Assembly: GCA_031409575.1 (NCBI GenBank)
Contig: JANNXL010000345.1
Location: 1 to 28,432 of the forward strand
DNA length: 28,432 bases
Reading direction: 5' to 3'
DNA from: Hyphomicrobium sp.
GTDB lineage: Bacteria; Pseudomonadota; Alphaproteobacteria; Rhizobiales; Hyphomicrobiaceae
A model generated the notes under the pieces. It did no database searches. It saw only the letters and a program-made list of their open reading frames with translations, and was not told the DNA's origin. Of the stretch, positions 27,665 to 28,432 are shown piece after piece (position 1 is the first letter of the stretch; every line of letters begins with the position of its first letter). A program made the translations under genes and the position numbers.

Positions 27665-28255
27665 ATGCAATTACGACTCTGGCGTGTGCTGGCGCTGGCA
27701 CTGGTGTGCAGCGCAGGATTTTTGATCTCGCCGCCCGCAGTTCAAGCCGGCGATTGCAGTCTCGAAAAACAAAATCTCAAAGAGGCGGCCAAAGGCACTG
27801 GCATGCTGGCCCAGATGATGAACGCAACCAAGCTTGCTGGTTTGGATGATCCTGAAGTCGATGTCGGCCCGCTGACCTTATTTGCCCCATCTGACGACGC
27901 GTTCTTGGCCCTGCCGGAAGAACTGCGCGCCAAGCTGCTGGCCCCTGAAAATCGCGATCATCTGGCAGCCGTGCTCCTGCATCACGCGGTGCCGGGCGAA
28001 TTCCCGACCGCGCGCCTTTTGAATGCCAGCGCCCGGCACTATGCCGTTGACGCCATTGACGGCAGTCTTGTGGAAATAACGACCCGCCGGGGGCTCGACG
28101 TGTCAGGCGCACGCATTGTGAAGGGGGATATCATCGCAACAGATGGCATCATCCACATCATCGATAAGGTGCTGATTCCGGCTTCTGTTTTGGCAGAACT
28201 TGATCGCCAGCCTGTGCCAACGAAGGTCGCAGTGAGCAATCACGACGCGGAGTAG
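27665..28255 (+). CDS. Secreted fasciclin (FAS1) domain protein
   Basis: Signal peptide (…PPAVQA), H1 motif LTLFAPSDDAF, LLHHAV, and H2 motif ATDGIIHIIDKVLIP. A GGGGAGAG RBS is upstream. Confidence 0.92.
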   Translation: MQLRLWRVLALALVCSAGFLISPPAVQAGDCSLEKQNLKEAAKGTGMLAQMMNATKLAGLDDPEVDVGPLTLFAPSDDAFLALPEELRAKLLAPENRDHLAAVLLHHAVPGEFPTARLLNASARHYAVDAIDGSLVEITTRRGLDVSGARIVKGDIIATDGIIHIIDKVLIPASVLAELDRQPVPTKVAVSNHDAE

Positions 28256-28267
28256 CGGCCTGCGGAG

Positions 28268-28432
28268 TCAAGTCGCGTTCACAGGTTCGTCGCGCGTGTC
28301 ACCGGCCTGCCAGACCACGAAGCCTGCGGCTTCAATCGAACTCATGGCTTCGACAACGGTCATGTTGTCGAAGCCGGGCAGCCGGGCCTGCATGGCATGC
28401 AGCAACTCCTGCTCACCTTCGGCCCCCATCGG
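28268..28432 (-). CDS. 3' end of an unidentified protein running off the window
   Basis: Open frame from the window edge: PMGAEGEQELLHAMQARLPGFDNMTVVEAMSSIEAAGFVVWQAGDTRDEPVNAT, stop at 28268-28270. It has protein-like composition and ends 12 nt from the fasciclin stop. Family not recognised. Confidence 0.55.
   Translation of the reverse strand, partial: PMGAEGEQELLHAMQARLPGFDNMTVVEAMSSIEAAGFVVWQAGDTRDEPVNAT

Noticed and set aside
565-28239. Many 60-250 aa alternative-frame and antisense ORFs in the ORF track (e.g. 6519-7232, 6530-7273, 13844-14584, 3569-4195, 26699-27385)
   Set aside because: They lie wholly within well-supported genes, have Arg/Ala/Pro-rich shadow composition typical of high-GC DNA, and show no recognisable motifs or RBS.
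1-28432. Mobile elements, prophage, CRISPR arrays, defence systems, tRNA/rRNA genes
   Set aside because: I saw no transposase, integrase, phage or defence motifs, no regularly spaced repeats, no tRNA/rRNA-like sequence and no obvious compositional island. Intergenic gaps are too short to hide large elements.

Overview
This ~60% GC window comes from an alphaproteobacterial chromosome. Protein style and gene order suggest Hyphomicrobiales, possibly Hyphomicrobiaceae (inference). It is gene-dense and mostly core genome. Left: a SulP anion transporter, a frameshifted fatty-acid hydroxylase/sterol-desaturase gene, and a co-oriented run of lytic transglycosylase, permuted papain-like (YiiX/C92) hydrolase and proA. 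Middle: a ~16 kb minus-strand run of comF-like, grxC, nitrilase, hybrid kinase, olsB-like, mutS, glnD, murJ, trpS, lipA and hyi/otnI. Right: an NDUFAF5/BioC-like methyltransferase, DUF485-actP, a His/Cys-tailed redoxin, a fasciclin protein and a truncated ORF. I saw no tRNA, rRNA, CRISPR array, transposase, integrase, prophage or defence gene. I found no clear multi-gene novel system. The best leads are: (i) a CxxS redoxin with a SlyD-like His/CCGG metal-binding tail; (ii) a membrane-anchored, PAS-containing, ShkA-like kinase with a putative c-di-GMP pseudo-receiver and a CtrA-like box, directly upstream of olsB; (iii) a large uncharacterised YiiX/C92 hydrolase paired with a lytic transglycosylase; (iv) the split desaturase; (v) a well-initiated 28-aa ORF in frame with the transglycosylase. 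All family assignments are from motif recognition by eye; no database search was run.
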